A stretch of DNA of 32,000 nucleotides from Candidatus Saccharimonadota bacterium (GCA_003516025.1 CP023991.1:751374-783373); one strand, 5' to 3'; counted from the first letter of the stretch, positions 13,824 to 22,595 are shown. Notes: generated by a model from the letters alone, not told the origin. Translations and numbers: made by a program.

Positions 13824-15084
13824 ACGAGGTTTCCTTTTTTAGACCACTACTTTCACTCTTACGGGGTGCCTGCTGGGCAGTATAGTACGAAACCTGGAAT
13901 ACCAGTCCCACGGCCGCCGCTACAAAAACTACACTGGTACCACCGGAGCTGATAAACGGTAACGTAATACCCTTCAGTGGCAACAGTCCAATCATAGCAC
14001 CGACGTTCACCAGCGCCTGGATGCTCAACCAGGCCAGCACCCCGATGGTTAGCAGCTGGCTGAACATATCTGGCGCCCGCTCGGCTATCCGTTTGATACG
14101 CGCGAAAAACATTAAGAGTATGCCGAGCAGTATGGTGACACCCACAAAACCGAATTTTTCAGCGTAGACCGCGAAAATGGAATCATTGGAGGCTTCCGGC
14201 AAGTATCCGTATGCCTGAACACTACGGCCGAGACCAAGCCCCGCGAAGCCTCCGGAACCGACGGCTATTAACGCCTGGCAGGCCTGGTAACCGCTCGTAG
14301 TCTGACAATTTTCCTCGGGATGTAAAAACGTTGTGATACGGGCACGACGGTAATCAGACGGCAGCACGACTAGAATGACGCCAATCGCCAGTACGCCGGC
14401 CAGCATAGCCAGGCGTTTCATAGGCACGCCAGCAACAAAGGCCATCACCGACAGCATTACGATGATAACACCCATGGAACCAAGATCACTTTGGCCATGC
14501 AGGCCGCCTGGACCGGCCACGATTACACCGATTACCAATAAAGCGATTAAGAGCGGCTTTAGGGTGGATGTAAAATTATCAAGCTGGCCCTTAGCCGCCT
14601 GAGTGGCTAAAAAGCCGCCTACGCCCAGTAGGAGACCAAACTTAAGCAGTTCTACTGACTGAAACGAAAAACCGCCCAGCCGCACCCAGCGGTGGGCAGG
14701 ATACGACGGATTGAGCGGCGTGACGAGCGCGATCAAGGTAGCGATCGCTGCCGCGATCAATATCGGCTTGGTAAAACGGCGCCAGACGGGCAGCGGTACC
14801 CGGGCGGCCACAATAAAAGCGATGACACTTAAAAATACGGCGATCAGCTGGTGGGCGATAAATTGACCGCTCGACCCCTTCCCGGCGGCGGCCATAGCCG
14901 GACTGATGGAATAAACCACTATCAGACCTATCGATAGCATTACAAGGCTCAGGATAACTAACAGGTAGTCAGGCCGGTGCTTGCGCCCCATGCTCATACT
15001 TGTAGCGGCTTGACGCGTACCGCCGGCTGGCCTGCCCCGCATCCTGTCTCCCCGAACCGCGCGGTCTCCACCGACCGGCATCAT
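13735..15084 (-). CDS. ftsW: Peptidoglycan glycosyltransferase FtsW (SEDS family)
   Basis: About 10 TM segments and SEDS blocks (QSVELLKF, GQSDLGS, PEASNDSIFA, GLLPLKGITLPFISSGGTS). It lies between mraY and murG. The C-terminal tail runs 89 nt into murG in another frame. Confidence 0.9.
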   Translation of the reverse strand: MMPVGGDRAVRGDRMRGRPAGGTRQAATSMSMGRKHRPDYLLVILSLVMLSIGLIVVYSISPAMAAAGKGSSGQFIAHQLIAVFLSVIAFIVAARVPLPVWRRFTKPILIAAAIATLIALVTPLNPSYPAHRWVRLGGFSFQSVELLKFGLLLGVGGFLATQAAKGQLDNFTSTLKPLLIALLVIGVIVAGPGGLHGQSDLGSMGVIIVMLSVMAFVAGVPMKRLAMLAGVLAIGVILVVLPSDYRRARITTFLHPEENCQTTSGYQACQALIAVGSGGFAGLGLGRSVQAYGYLPEASNDSIFAVYAEKFGFVGVTILLGILLMFFARIKRIAERAPDMFSQLLTIGVLAWLSIQALVNVGAMIGLLPLKGITLPFISSGGTSVVFVAAAVGLVFQVSYYTAQQAPRKSESSGLKKETSYDYSRDGRRLRGAYHPNPGSRARAQKTTP

Positions 15085-15085
15085 G

Positions 15086-16126
15086 TTAGCTGAATCTCCC
15101 GACCAGGAATATCAGTAAACCTGTTACACCGGCTACTTGCCCCAAGATCCAAAAACGCATAGTAACTTTGGGCTCCGGCCAGCCTAAAGCCTCGAAATGA
15201 TGATGGATTGGCGATGACAAAAACACTTTCTTACCGTTCCGTAGTTTCCGGGATAGACGGTTGATGATAACTGATGCGGTTTCCATAACGTATACCGCGC
15301 CGATGACCGGCAGCACGTAAACCGTATCGGTCTGCATGGCGATGATTCCCAAAGCGGTTCCAAGCGCGAAAGCGCCGACATCGCCCATAAAGAAACGGGC
15401 GGGGAAAATATTGAACCAGGTATAGCTCAGCAACGCGCCGACCACTGTCAGGCAGAAGGCCGCCAGCGAATATTTGCCTTCCACCATACAAATCACCGCG
15501 TAAGTGGCGAATGATGACGCCAGCAAACCGCCGGCCAGGCCGTCCAAGCCGTCGGAAATATTGACCGAGTTAGCCGTGGCGACAACCACCAGCCAGAACA
15601 GCGCGATAACAAAAGCTCCGATGTAGACATGCTCCAGACCAGGTATATAAACAGTGGTGACATCCAGTTTTGACCAGAACCACCAGCCGCCAACCAGCGC
15701 GACCAGGCTGTATAAGCCAAACTTAACAGTTGAACGCATGCCGGCGATTTTAGAGTTGCCGCGGATATTCATAATGTCGTCTATCAGCCCAATAACAGCG
15801 GCGCCAGCCATACCGGCCAACGGCAGCCAGGTTTCACCGCGCGTCAGGTTGCCCGTTAACGTAACCAGCAGGATAACAACGACGAAAATCAGTCCTGCCA
15901 TTGTTGGAATATTGCGCAAATGCTTGGCGGCATGCAGTTTACTGTAAACGGCCGCCGAACCACCCGACCACGATTCGGTACGAGCCTTTTTCCACCACTG
16001 CTTCCGGTAGGCTATCGTCGTATATACCGGTGTCAGGAACATAGCCAGCACGAAAGCCAGGAAGCCGAACAGGAAAATTCCTATGAGAGTTCCGGTATTG
16101 ATGGCGAAATGCAGGGTTTCATTCAT
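15086..16126 (-). CDS. mraY: Phospho-N-acetylmuramoyl-pentapeptide transferase MraY
   Basis: Polytopic membrane protein with GLIDDIMNI, NSVNISDGLDGLAGG, FMGDVGAFALG and PIHHHFE motifs. Confidence 0.95.
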   Translation of the reverse strand: MNETLHFAINTGTLIGIFLFGFLAFVLAMFLTPVYTTIAYRKQWWKKARTESWSGGSAAVYSKLHAAKHLRNIPTMAGLIFVVVILLVTLTGNLTRGETWLPLAGMAGAAVIGLIDDIMNIRGNSKIAGMRSTVKFGLYSLVALVGGWWFWSKLDVTTVYIPGLEHVYIGAFVIALFWLVVVATANSVNISDGLDGLAGGLLASSFATYAVICMVEGKYSLAAFCLTVVGALLSYTWFNIFPARFFMGDVGAFALGTALGIIAMQTDTVYVLPVIGAVYVMETASVIINRLSRKLRNGKKVFLSSPIHHHFEALGWPEPKVTMRFWILGQVAGVTGLLIFLVGRFS

Positions 16127-16165
16127 ATCTGTGTTTGATCTTCTCTGATTATTATACCAGTAAGC

Positions 16166-17956
16166 CTAATTTTTCGCGGCAACCCGTGAATTATTGATCA
16201 GCATGTGGGCGATATCGCCAAAGACAGGCTGGGCGGCGGCCGTACCGGCATAACCGCCATTCTTCGGCTTGTTCATGAATACGGCGATAACATACTGCGG
16301 CTTCTGCCCGCCTACGAACCCGAGGTATGTGCCATTGAAGTCATTTTCAAAATAACCGCCACCCGGCTTGGCGATCTGGGCCGTACCGGTCTTACCGCCA
16401 ACCATATAGCGGTTCTGGTCAAAACCGGGGCTAAAACTATGATGATCGACAGTATACTGCATCATCGGAATCAGGGCGTCAGTTACCGATTGCGAGACTA
16501 CGCTGCTGCGTACAATCTGCGGTTCAGTTTTCTCTACCTTGCCCTGCGGGTTAACTGTACCATCCACCAGGTGCGGCTTATAATAAGTGCCCCCGTTAAT
16601 GATGGAGGCCATAGCGGCAGCCATCTGTACCGGCGTGGCCGTCATTGCCTGCCCAAAAGTCGTGTTGGCGTATGTCAGATTGATGCCCGCGCCGTTATCT
16701 TTTGGAGCTGGCACGTAGCCCGGAGCCTCAAACCCCTGTTCAATACCGGTCTCTGTGCCGAATTGGTAACGATTGGTCATGTAATCGTACCAGGTAGCGC
16801 GCGCCTTGGCATTGATGGTTCCACCGCCCATCTGCATCAGTTCCCAGGTAGCGCCCGTGTTAAGTGACAGGTTCAAAATGTCACGGATACTGCGCACGCC
16901 GGCCGGACCATCTTCTTCGATGTTAGTAATAGTAAAATCGTCGACTTTATATTTCGCCGGATCATTATACGTTTGATTAGGCCGGATCACCCGGGCATCA
17001 AGCGCGGCCGCGGTAGTCAGCGGTTTCATGATAGAACCGACCTCTATCGGATTGACGGCGGCGTTATTTGAAAACAGTGCGGCATCGTCGACATCGGAGT
17101 ACTTAGACGGATCATACGTCGGATAGTTAGCCATCGCCTTAATAGCACCGCTGTTAACATCCATAATTACCGCGCTGCCGCTATCCGCTTTGGTCTTTTC
17201 GACGCCTTTCTGCAACAGGGTTTCAACTTGCTTCTGCATGGCGATATCAATGGTAAGCGCCAGGTCCTTGCCTGCTTCGGCCCTGGTTTCCACATTTCCA
17301 GCGCTGGCGGCCAGCGGCACGCCATGAACATCGGTGATTGCCTTGAGCTCACCCGGCTTGCCTTTGAGTTCACTGTTAAGCGCCTGCTCGATGCCATAGG
17401 TTCCCTTACCCTCGTCGTTCACAAAACCCAACACCTGGGAAGCAAGTGTTCCCTGCGGATAGGTGCGATAGTCCTGCTGCTGGCTGCCGATGCCAGGAAG
17501 CTTCAGTTTAAGCAGCTTTTCGTTCTGCGCCTGACTGATTTTTTTGCCAATTATTTGGTAACGGCTGTCCTTAACTGTCATCAGGTCTTCATATTTGCCA
17601 CGGTCACCACCAATAACGTCAGCCACCTTACCGGCAGTTTTCGCAGCGTCCTTGATATACGCCGGGTCGGCGTATATGGTATACAGCTTTTCATTCAGGA
17701 CAATTGGGATGGCATGGTCACCATCGTAAGCCAATATGGTGCCTCGGCTGGCCGGAATTTCATATTGTTTTAACTGGTCCGATAAAGCCGCGTTTTTATA
17801 ATGGTCATAGCGGATAATTTGCAGGTAAAACAAACGTACAAAAAAAATTGCCAGCACCACCACTAAGGCTGCGTACCAAAAACGGACACGCCGTGCCGCG
17901 CTATACGGAGATACCGATGGTCCCTCGCTTGAATTGTGTAGTTGCCCTACTGCCAT
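16166..17956 (-). CDS. ftsI: Class B penicillin-binding protein / peptidoglycan D,D-transpeptidase FtsI
   Basis: N-terminal TM anchor, a PBP dimerisation region, and the transpeptidase triad SIMK (SxxK), SLN (SxN) and KTGTA (KTG). dcw context. Confidence 0.9.
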   Translation of the reverse strand: MAVGQLHNSSEGPSVSPYSAARRVRFWYAALVVVLAIFFVRLFYLQIIRYDHYKNAALSDQLKQYEIPASRGTILAYDGDHAIPIVLNEKLYTIYADPAYIKDAAKTAGKVADVIGGDRGKYEDLMTVKDSRYQIIGKKISQAQNEKLLKLKLPGIGSQQQDYRTYPQGTLASQVLGFVNDEGKGTYGIEQALNSELKGKPGELKAITDVHGVPLAASAGNVETRAEAGKDLALTIDIAMQKQVETLLQKGVEKTKADSGSAVIMDVNSGAIKAMANYPTYDPSKYSDVDDAALFSNNAAVNPIEVGSIMKPLTTAAALDARVIRPNQTYNDPAKYKVDDFTITNIEEDGPAGVRSIRDILNLSLNTGATWELMQMGGGTINAKARATWYDYMTNRYQFGTETGIEQGFEAPGYVPAPKDNGAGINLTYANTTFGQAMTATPVQMAAAMASIINGGTYYKPHLVDGTVNPQGKVEKTEPQIVRSSVVSQSVTDALIPMMQYTVDHHSFSPGFDQNRYMVGGKTGTAQIAKPGGGYFENDFNGTYLGFVGGQKPQYVIAVFMNKPKNGGYAGTAAAQPVFGDIAHMLINNSRVAAKN

Positions 17957-17988
17957 AAGCTTTTAGCTAGTATAGCACGATTAACGGA

Positions 17989-18342
17989 TTAGTCCTGGAC
18001 AGTTCCGGATGGCGTAACGGGCACCATGGCAGTAGCCTCGGCGCTATCCTGTACGCGGTCCAGTGATTGTAAACGGGCCGATGCCACTTCAAGGTCGTCA
18101 TGTTCGGTTTTGAGATCTGTTTGCTGCTGGCTCAGGCCGTTAAGCTGGTAGCCGTAAGCATTAGTTTTGGTTACTTGCGTAAGATACAACAATCCCAGCA
18201 AGCAAGCCAGCACGATAAGCATTACTGTGTTACTGACCGGTCCAAGCCTGGTACTTCGTTGTTTACGGAAGTCTACAGCGTTTTGATTACGCCCCGCGAA
18301 GCGTTGTTGCCGTGAGACGGAGAGGGTGCTTGAATAAGTCAT
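17989..18342 (-). CDS. ftsL: Cell division protein FtsL-like (small bitopic coiled-coil protein)
   Basis: 117 aa with a basic N-terminus, a single TM helix (VMLIVLACLLGLLYL) and then a heptad-like segment. It sits directly upstream of ftsI, as FtsL does in dcw clusters. Confidence 0.6.
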   Translation of the reverse strand: MTYSSTLSVSRQQRFAGRNQNAVDFRKQRSTRLGPVSNTVMLIVLACLLGLLYLTQVTKTNAYGYQLNGLSQQQTDLKTEHDDLEVASARLQSLDRVQDSAEATAMVPVTPSGTVQD

Positions 18343-18616
18343 AATAACCGCCTTTCTGTTTGTTTTCTTTTTTATGTTTAGGGTTTATGGCGCGTACGGC
18401 AGCAAGAAAAAACCAAGCTTACACAGCAGATGCCGTGAAGCCGTGTCCTTTACTGATGCCGTGGGGGGGTAGTAGCGTGGGTTAGAGGACGAATCCCCTA
18501 ACCCGTAACTGACCGCTGGAAGTCTAAATTAGACTACTTTGACCTGTACTTTATAAGCACGTGATGTAGATTTGATTTGGATTGGCATAATGCTTTTCCT
18601 TTCTTTAGAATTATTT

Positions 18617-19537
18617 TTAATTTTTTATTTTCACTGCGGCCCGTAGTTTTGCGCTTCGGGAACGCGGATTGTGAACAAGTTCAGTTGCCTCAGCAGTAGT
18701 GGGACGCTTGGTGAGTAACCGTATGGTTGCGTCATACCTGTCGCCGCTGAGATCGGCCAACAGATTCTTTACGAGCCTGTCTTCGAGGCTCTGGAAACTA
18801 ATAATACAGATACGTCCTTCCGGCTTCAGTAAATTAATCCACTGTGGGAGGTTTTTGCTGAGGAGACCGAGTTCGTCATTGACGGCAATACGGACAGCCT
18901 GGAATGTGCGGGTAGCGGGATGGACTTTGCTGTGTCCCGGCCAAACTTTGGCGGCGACTGCCGCCAGCTCGATAGTTGTTGCTAGAGGACGAGCGGCGAT
19001 AATCGCTTTGGCGATTGCCCTGGCTTTTGGTTCCTCTCCGTAGCGTGTCAGAATATCGATCAACTGCTCTTCCGAATAGCTATTTACTATCCGTTCTGCG
19101 GTTAATTCCTGATCCTGATCCATACGCATATCGAGCGGACCATTCTGGGCCAAGGAAAAGCCTCGTGCGGCTTGGTCAAGGTGCGGGCTGGATACACCAA
19201 GGTCTGCCAGAATAACATCAAACTGCGCTTTTTCTGAAACCAACTGTGTAGTAGCGGTACCGAAATCAGCGTGCACCAAACGGACCGTGTCACCAAACCG
19301 TTCGGTCAGCGATGCAATTGCATTACTGTCGCGGTCGACGAGTACGGCCTTTTCCGGAGCCTGTGTACGTTCCAGTATTCGTGCGGCGTGTCCGCCGTAT
19401 CCAGCTGTTAAGTCGAGATAAGTCTCGCCTTTTTGGGGAGCTAAATACCGCAGCACTTCTTCGACGAGTACCGGAATATGCACGGCACCTTCTGCAGGCG
19501 TGCTTGATGGTTGTGGCATGACTTTGGATGCGTTCAT
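18617..19537 (-). CDS. rsmH: 16S rRNA (cytosine1402-N4)-methyltransferase RsmH/MraW
   Basis: HIPVLVEEV, DLTAGYGGHA, LADLGVSSPHLD and SFQSLEDRLVK motifs. dcw context. Confidence 0.95.
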   Translation of the reverse strand: MNASKVMPQPSSTPAEGAVHIPVLVEEVLRYLAPQKGETYLDLTAGYGGHAARILERTQAPEKAVLVDRDSNAIASLTERFGDTVRLVHADFGTATTQLVSEKAQFDVILADLGVSSPHLDQAARGFSLAQNGPLDMRMDQDQELTAERIVNSYSEEQLIDILTRYGEEPKARAIAKAIIAARPLATTIELAAVAAKVWPGHSKVHPATRTFQAVRIAVNDELGLLSKNLPQWINLLKPEGRICIISFQSLEDRLVKNLLADLSGDRYDATIRLLTKRPTTAEATELVHNPRSRSAKLRAAVKIKN

Positions 19538-19634
19538 CCGATTAGTTTACCATTTACCGGTGCAAACTAGGTTGCGACCAGCGGTGTTGTATGCCCTACC
19601 CTGTGGGTATAAGCGCGTTTTTTGTTTTGGTGAT

Positions 19635-19970
19635 GTTTTTGTTTTTAGTCACTACTTTCGTAGCGGCTTCCAGGTCACCTAATCAGCAGTCAACTTTTTG
19701 TTTTTGTGCAAATGTTTTTGTTTTTGTGGATTGACCGTTTGTCTTGATGCCTACCAGTATGTTGAGAGTCTGTTAAGCGAGCAAATGGTCAAAAGTTTGA
19801 GAGACTTATGTGTGAGGTGGAGTTTTGGGAGGTGTTTTTGATGAATGTACGAGGGTTTTTAATGTGGTGCCCCAAGATGCCACGATGTGTTGACTGCCGA
19901 ATAGTTAACCTTGAATTGTAAAAGATCGCTGAGACTACGTTTTTGCTTTTAGGTTTTTTGTTTTTTGTAA
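19635..19970 (-). repeat. Dispersed copies of a C/A-rich motif (CAAAAACAAAAAC on the transcribed strand)
   Basis: On the plus strand the copies read GTTTTTGTTTTTa (19635-19647), cTTTTTGTTTTTGTG (19694-19708), TGTTTTTGTTTTTGTGG (19713-19729) and GTTTTTGCTTTTAGGTTTTTTGTTTTTTGTAA (19939-19970). Related tracts precede mraZ (20466-20491) and ftsL (18356-18379). Confidence 0.55.
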
Positions 19971-19979
19971 CCTAATTGC

Positions 19980-20008
19980 ATTATAGCACAAGCGTTTTCA
20001 TTTTCCAA
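19980..20008 (-). promoter_or_regulatory. Candidate internal promoter in the mraZ-rsmH spacer (TTGGAA-17-TGcTATAAT)
   Basis: Reverse complement: TTGGAA (20008-20003), a 17-nt spacer ending in TGc, TATAAT (19985-19980). It would produce a roughly 440-nt 5' UTR for rsmH. Confidence 0.4.
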
Positions 20009-20079
20009 ATTTTTCAGTAAATTCGGTTGCTGTTAATAAATTGTTAATGAACTGTGATTTTATAGGGTTTTACTGCCGC

Positions 20080-20439
20080 TTACGTCTCTGACATAAGCCG
20101 CCAATACTTACCAACCCGCACCGCTACAATGCCCTTGCTGATACCGGCATAGTCCAGCAGGTGCTGTTCTACGCTAAACCGGCCCTGCTTCAGGTCGAGT
20201 TCACCCTCTGTCTTACCCATACGGAACTGTACGTTAAGGTCAGCCGTGGCTTCGTCAAGGATATTTCCTTTCAGTAGCGGCTCCACCTCTTCGTCCCATA
20301 CCATTTTTGGATATAGATGAAGGTAATTTTTGAATCCCCTTGTCACGACTACGCCGCTGGCGAATTCAGCCCTAAGTTCGGTAGGTATGGTTAACCGCCG
20401 CTTATCGTCGAGCTTTCGCTGGAAGTAGTCTATTGTCAT
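20080..20439 (-). CDS. mraZ: Transcriptional regulator MraZ
   Basis: Two SpoVT/AbrB-like halves carry the DxxxR-type motifs LDDKRRLTIPTELR and LDLKQGRFSVEQHL. It is the first gene of the dcw cluster. At 119 aa it is short for MraZ. Confidence 0.88.
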   Translation of the reverse strand: MTIDYFQRKLDDKRRLTIPTELRAEFASGVVVTRGFKNYLHLYPKMVWDEEVEPLLKGNILDEATADLNVQFRMGKTEGELDLKQGRFSVEQHLLDYAGISKGIVAVRVGKYWRLMSET

Positions 20440-20548
20440 TGGGATGTTTAGTAATAGGTGCTAGTGGTTTTGTATTGTTTGTTTTTTGGTGAGTGGCCTC
20501 GGGAAGCAATTGAGGATGCTTCTGCGGTATTGCTACCGTTTTGATGCT

Positions 20549-20595
20549 ACCCACGTTTACCCACTAGCTAGAGTGTACAACCCACTACTACCCAC
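20549..20595 (-). promoter_or_regulatory. Four direct GTGGGT boxes (candidate MraZ operator)
   Basis: ACCCAC occurs on the plus strand at 20549-20554, 20559-20564, 20580-20585 and 20590-20595. These read GTGGGT on the mraZ strand, with spacings of 10, 21 and 10 bp, 110-156 nt upstream of the mraZ ATG. Confidence 0.6.
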
Positions 20596-20767
20596 GCACA
20601 AGCACTTTTTTATACAAAAAGTGGTGTTCATCACACCACTTATCCACAGATTTACACCGTATTACCAACATATCCACATATATAGTGCTTATGTTTATGA
20701 ACGTGGCGCTAGGAAGGACTACCAGCACACATATTTGCAAAAATCACGCTTATGCTTTAGATACAGT

Positions 20768-21058
20768 TTACACTGTTCCAGCTGTCGGATGTGAACGCAT
20801 GGTCGTACCATAGCTGACCAAGGCATGCCGGTTCTCTTCCTTTTCACGGCGCATCATTTGCTCTACCCGGTGCTCTGCCTGGACATGTTCCGATGAATGA
20901 GCGAATACCGGCTGCATACTATCTACAAAACGCGGCATGCGGGCTTCATGCAGCTCAAGCAGGCTTACCGTAGCGGCCAATGACATGGCGACCAGCCCCA
21001 AATTGGCGGCTACTGATTCAACGTAATTTTGAATGATATTTTTATTTTTATCGAACAT
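20768..21058 (-). CDS. Hypothetical small membrane-anchored protein (96 aa)
   Basis: One hydrophobic segment (LGLVAMSLAATVSLL) is followed by a His/Glu/Arg-rich tail. ATG 21058 lies 6 nt after a TTGACA-17-TAATGT promoter. Confidence 0.5.
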   Translation of the reverse strand: MFDKNKNIIQNYVESVAANLGLVAMSLAATVSLLELHEARMPRFVDSMQPVFAHSSEHVQAEHRVEQMMRREKEENRHALVSYGTTMRSHPTAGTV

Positions 21059-21064
21059 ACTTAA

Positions 21065-21093
21065 ACATTAGCATAATGTGTAAGTAATGTCAA
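21065..21093 (-). promoter_or_regulatory. Promoter (TTGACA-17-TAATGT), leaderless geometry
   Basis: Reverse complement: TTGACA (21093-21088), a 17-nt spacer, TAATGT (21070-21065), then ttaagt and ATG 21058. Confidence 0.55.
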
Positions 21094-21126
21094 TATTATG
21101 CGTTTACAGTTGACCTATTACAGTAT

Positions 21127-21939
21127 TTATTCCAGATCTGTAGTCACCCGTTCGCCTTCACTCAGTCCGTCGAGAGCTGCCATATCATCATCGTTAAGTT
21201 CGAAATCAAAAACCGAAAAGTTTTCAACTATATGCTCCGGGTTCTGCGAGCGCGGCAACGGTGCTGTGCCGTGCTGAATACACCAACGCAAGATAACCTG
21301 CGTAGGAGACTTCCCTACGCGCTCGGCAACGCGTTCAATTTCCGGGTGAGAAGTTTTAGCATGACGGGATAACGGACTGTACGCTTCGACCAAAATACTG
21401 TGCTGCGCGCAAAACTCAAGTAGTTCTTTCTGCTGCTGATAAATAAACGGGTGAAACTCCACCTGGTTAACGTGCGGGACAAGCGCGGTATTATCGAGCA
21501 GCTCCTGCAAGTGGCGCATGCTGTAGTTACTGACACCAACCGCCTTTGCCTTGCCGGATTTATATATTTCCTGCATAGCGCGCCATGCCTCGTCACGGGC
21601 GTCAGACTGCGGCCAGTGCACCAAATAGAGATCGACGTATTCCAGGCCTAATTTGGCCAGCGATTCGTCAATGGCATGCAAGGCACTGTCGAACGCATGG
21701 TCAGAATTCCATAGCTTGGTAGTCACGAAAACATCTTCGCGCGGAACTCCTGATTCGCGGATCGCCTTGCCGACACCCCGTTCATTACCGTATATTTTAG
21801 CAGTATCAATATGGCGGTATCCGGCAGTCAGTGCGGCCTGTACACTAGATTCAGCCGCGCTATCCGGCGTAATTTCCCACGTACCAAACCCCATCTGCGG
21901 CATGCGGGTATTGTTAGACAACATAAAGATGTGGTCCAT
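21127..21939 (-). CDS. Aldo/keto reductase (2,5-diketo-D-gluconate reductase-like)
   Basis: MPQMGFGTWE, the catalytic tetrad context (HIDTAKIYGNE, VTTKLWN, LYLVHWP), and C-terminal LRWCIQHG...PRSQNPEHI. A GAGAGGAAG Shine-Dalgarno element lies upstream. Confidence 0.9.
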   Translation of the reverse strand: MDHIFMLSNNTRMPQMGFGTWEITPDSAAESSVQAALTAGYRHIDTAKIYGNERGVGKAIRESGVPREDVFVTTKLWNSDHAFDSALHAIDESLAKLGLEYVDLYLVHWPQSDARDEAWRAMQEIYKSGKAKAVGVSNYSMRHLQELLDNTALVPHVNQVEFHPFIYQQQKELLEFCAQHSILVEAYSPLSRHAKTSHPEIERVAERVGKSPTQVILRWCIQHGTAPLPRSQNPEHIVENFSVFDFELNDDDMAALDGLSEGERVTTDLE

Positions 21940-21956
21940 ATGTGCTTCCTCTCTGT

Positions 21957-22595
21957 TTAGACGTCCAGTACTACTGGTTGGCCATTTTGCATTTTCAGGA
22001 ATGTTATGCCGTTTTCGGCGAATAGCTTTTCAAGGCTGTCGTACGTTTGCTCCCGGGCATCATCTTTCCAGTGCCAGTCATGGATCGGCACTACATACTT
22101 AGGCTTCAGCCGGAGCGCCAGTGCAGCCGCTTTTACCGTAGAGCCCCATGGAGCCGTCACCGGTAACGCCAATACCTGCTTTGTTTCGGAGAAGCCGTGA
22201 CTATCCCCGGGATGCGTCAACAAGTCCAAATAATGGTAACCAATTTCCTCTGGCTGAGGGAACAGCGGTTCAACATTTTCATGCGGCGCGTCCAAAAATT
22301 GTACGCCCTCGAATTCTTCGGTCGTCGCTAAAATACTTTCTTGTTTAAGTTTGTCGACGACTTCCTGCGGTGCTGTGATTCGTACATCAGGAAATTTCTG
22401 CAGCAGACGCTTAACTAACGGAACACTCAAATGGTCACCGTGGCCGTGAGTAATAAAGATATCGTCAAGATACACCAGCGCTTCGACGTCGACGTAGGGT
22501 TCACTCATTATTCCGGGATCGAACAGGGCGGTACGATTAACGGGGTCAGGCATTTCAACCAGCAGGCACGAATGCTCAAGCTTTGTAATTTTCAT
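21957..22595 (-). CDS. MBL-fold metallo-hydrolase
   Basis: HxHxDH motif (ITHGHGDHL) with downstream His/Asp ligands (HPGDSHG, PIHDWH). An AGAAGGGAG Shine-Dalgarno element lies upstream. Confidence 0.85.
   Translation of the reverse strand: MKITKLEHSCLLVEMPDPVNRTALFDPGIMSEPYVDVEALVYLDDIFITHGHGDHLSVPLVKRLLQKFPDVRITAPQEVVDKLKQESILATTEEFEGVQFLDAPHENVEPLFPQPEEIGYHYLDLLTHPGDSHGFSETKQVLALPVTAPWGSTVKAAALALRLKPKYVVPIHDWHWKDDAREQTYDSLEKLFAENGITFLKMQNGQPVVLDV

Noticed and set aside
12622-17773. Antisense or shadow ORFs inside dcw genes, for example 12622..13089(+), 13620..13952(+), 16205..16867(+) and 17228..17773(+).
   Set aside because: They overlap strongly supported murG, ftsW and ftsI coding frames and have no independent signals.
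19603-19608. An extra GTGGGT hexamer in the mraZ-rsmH spacer, considered as a second MraZ operator.
   Set aside because: It is a single copy in the opposite orientation with no phased partners, so it is compatible with chance.
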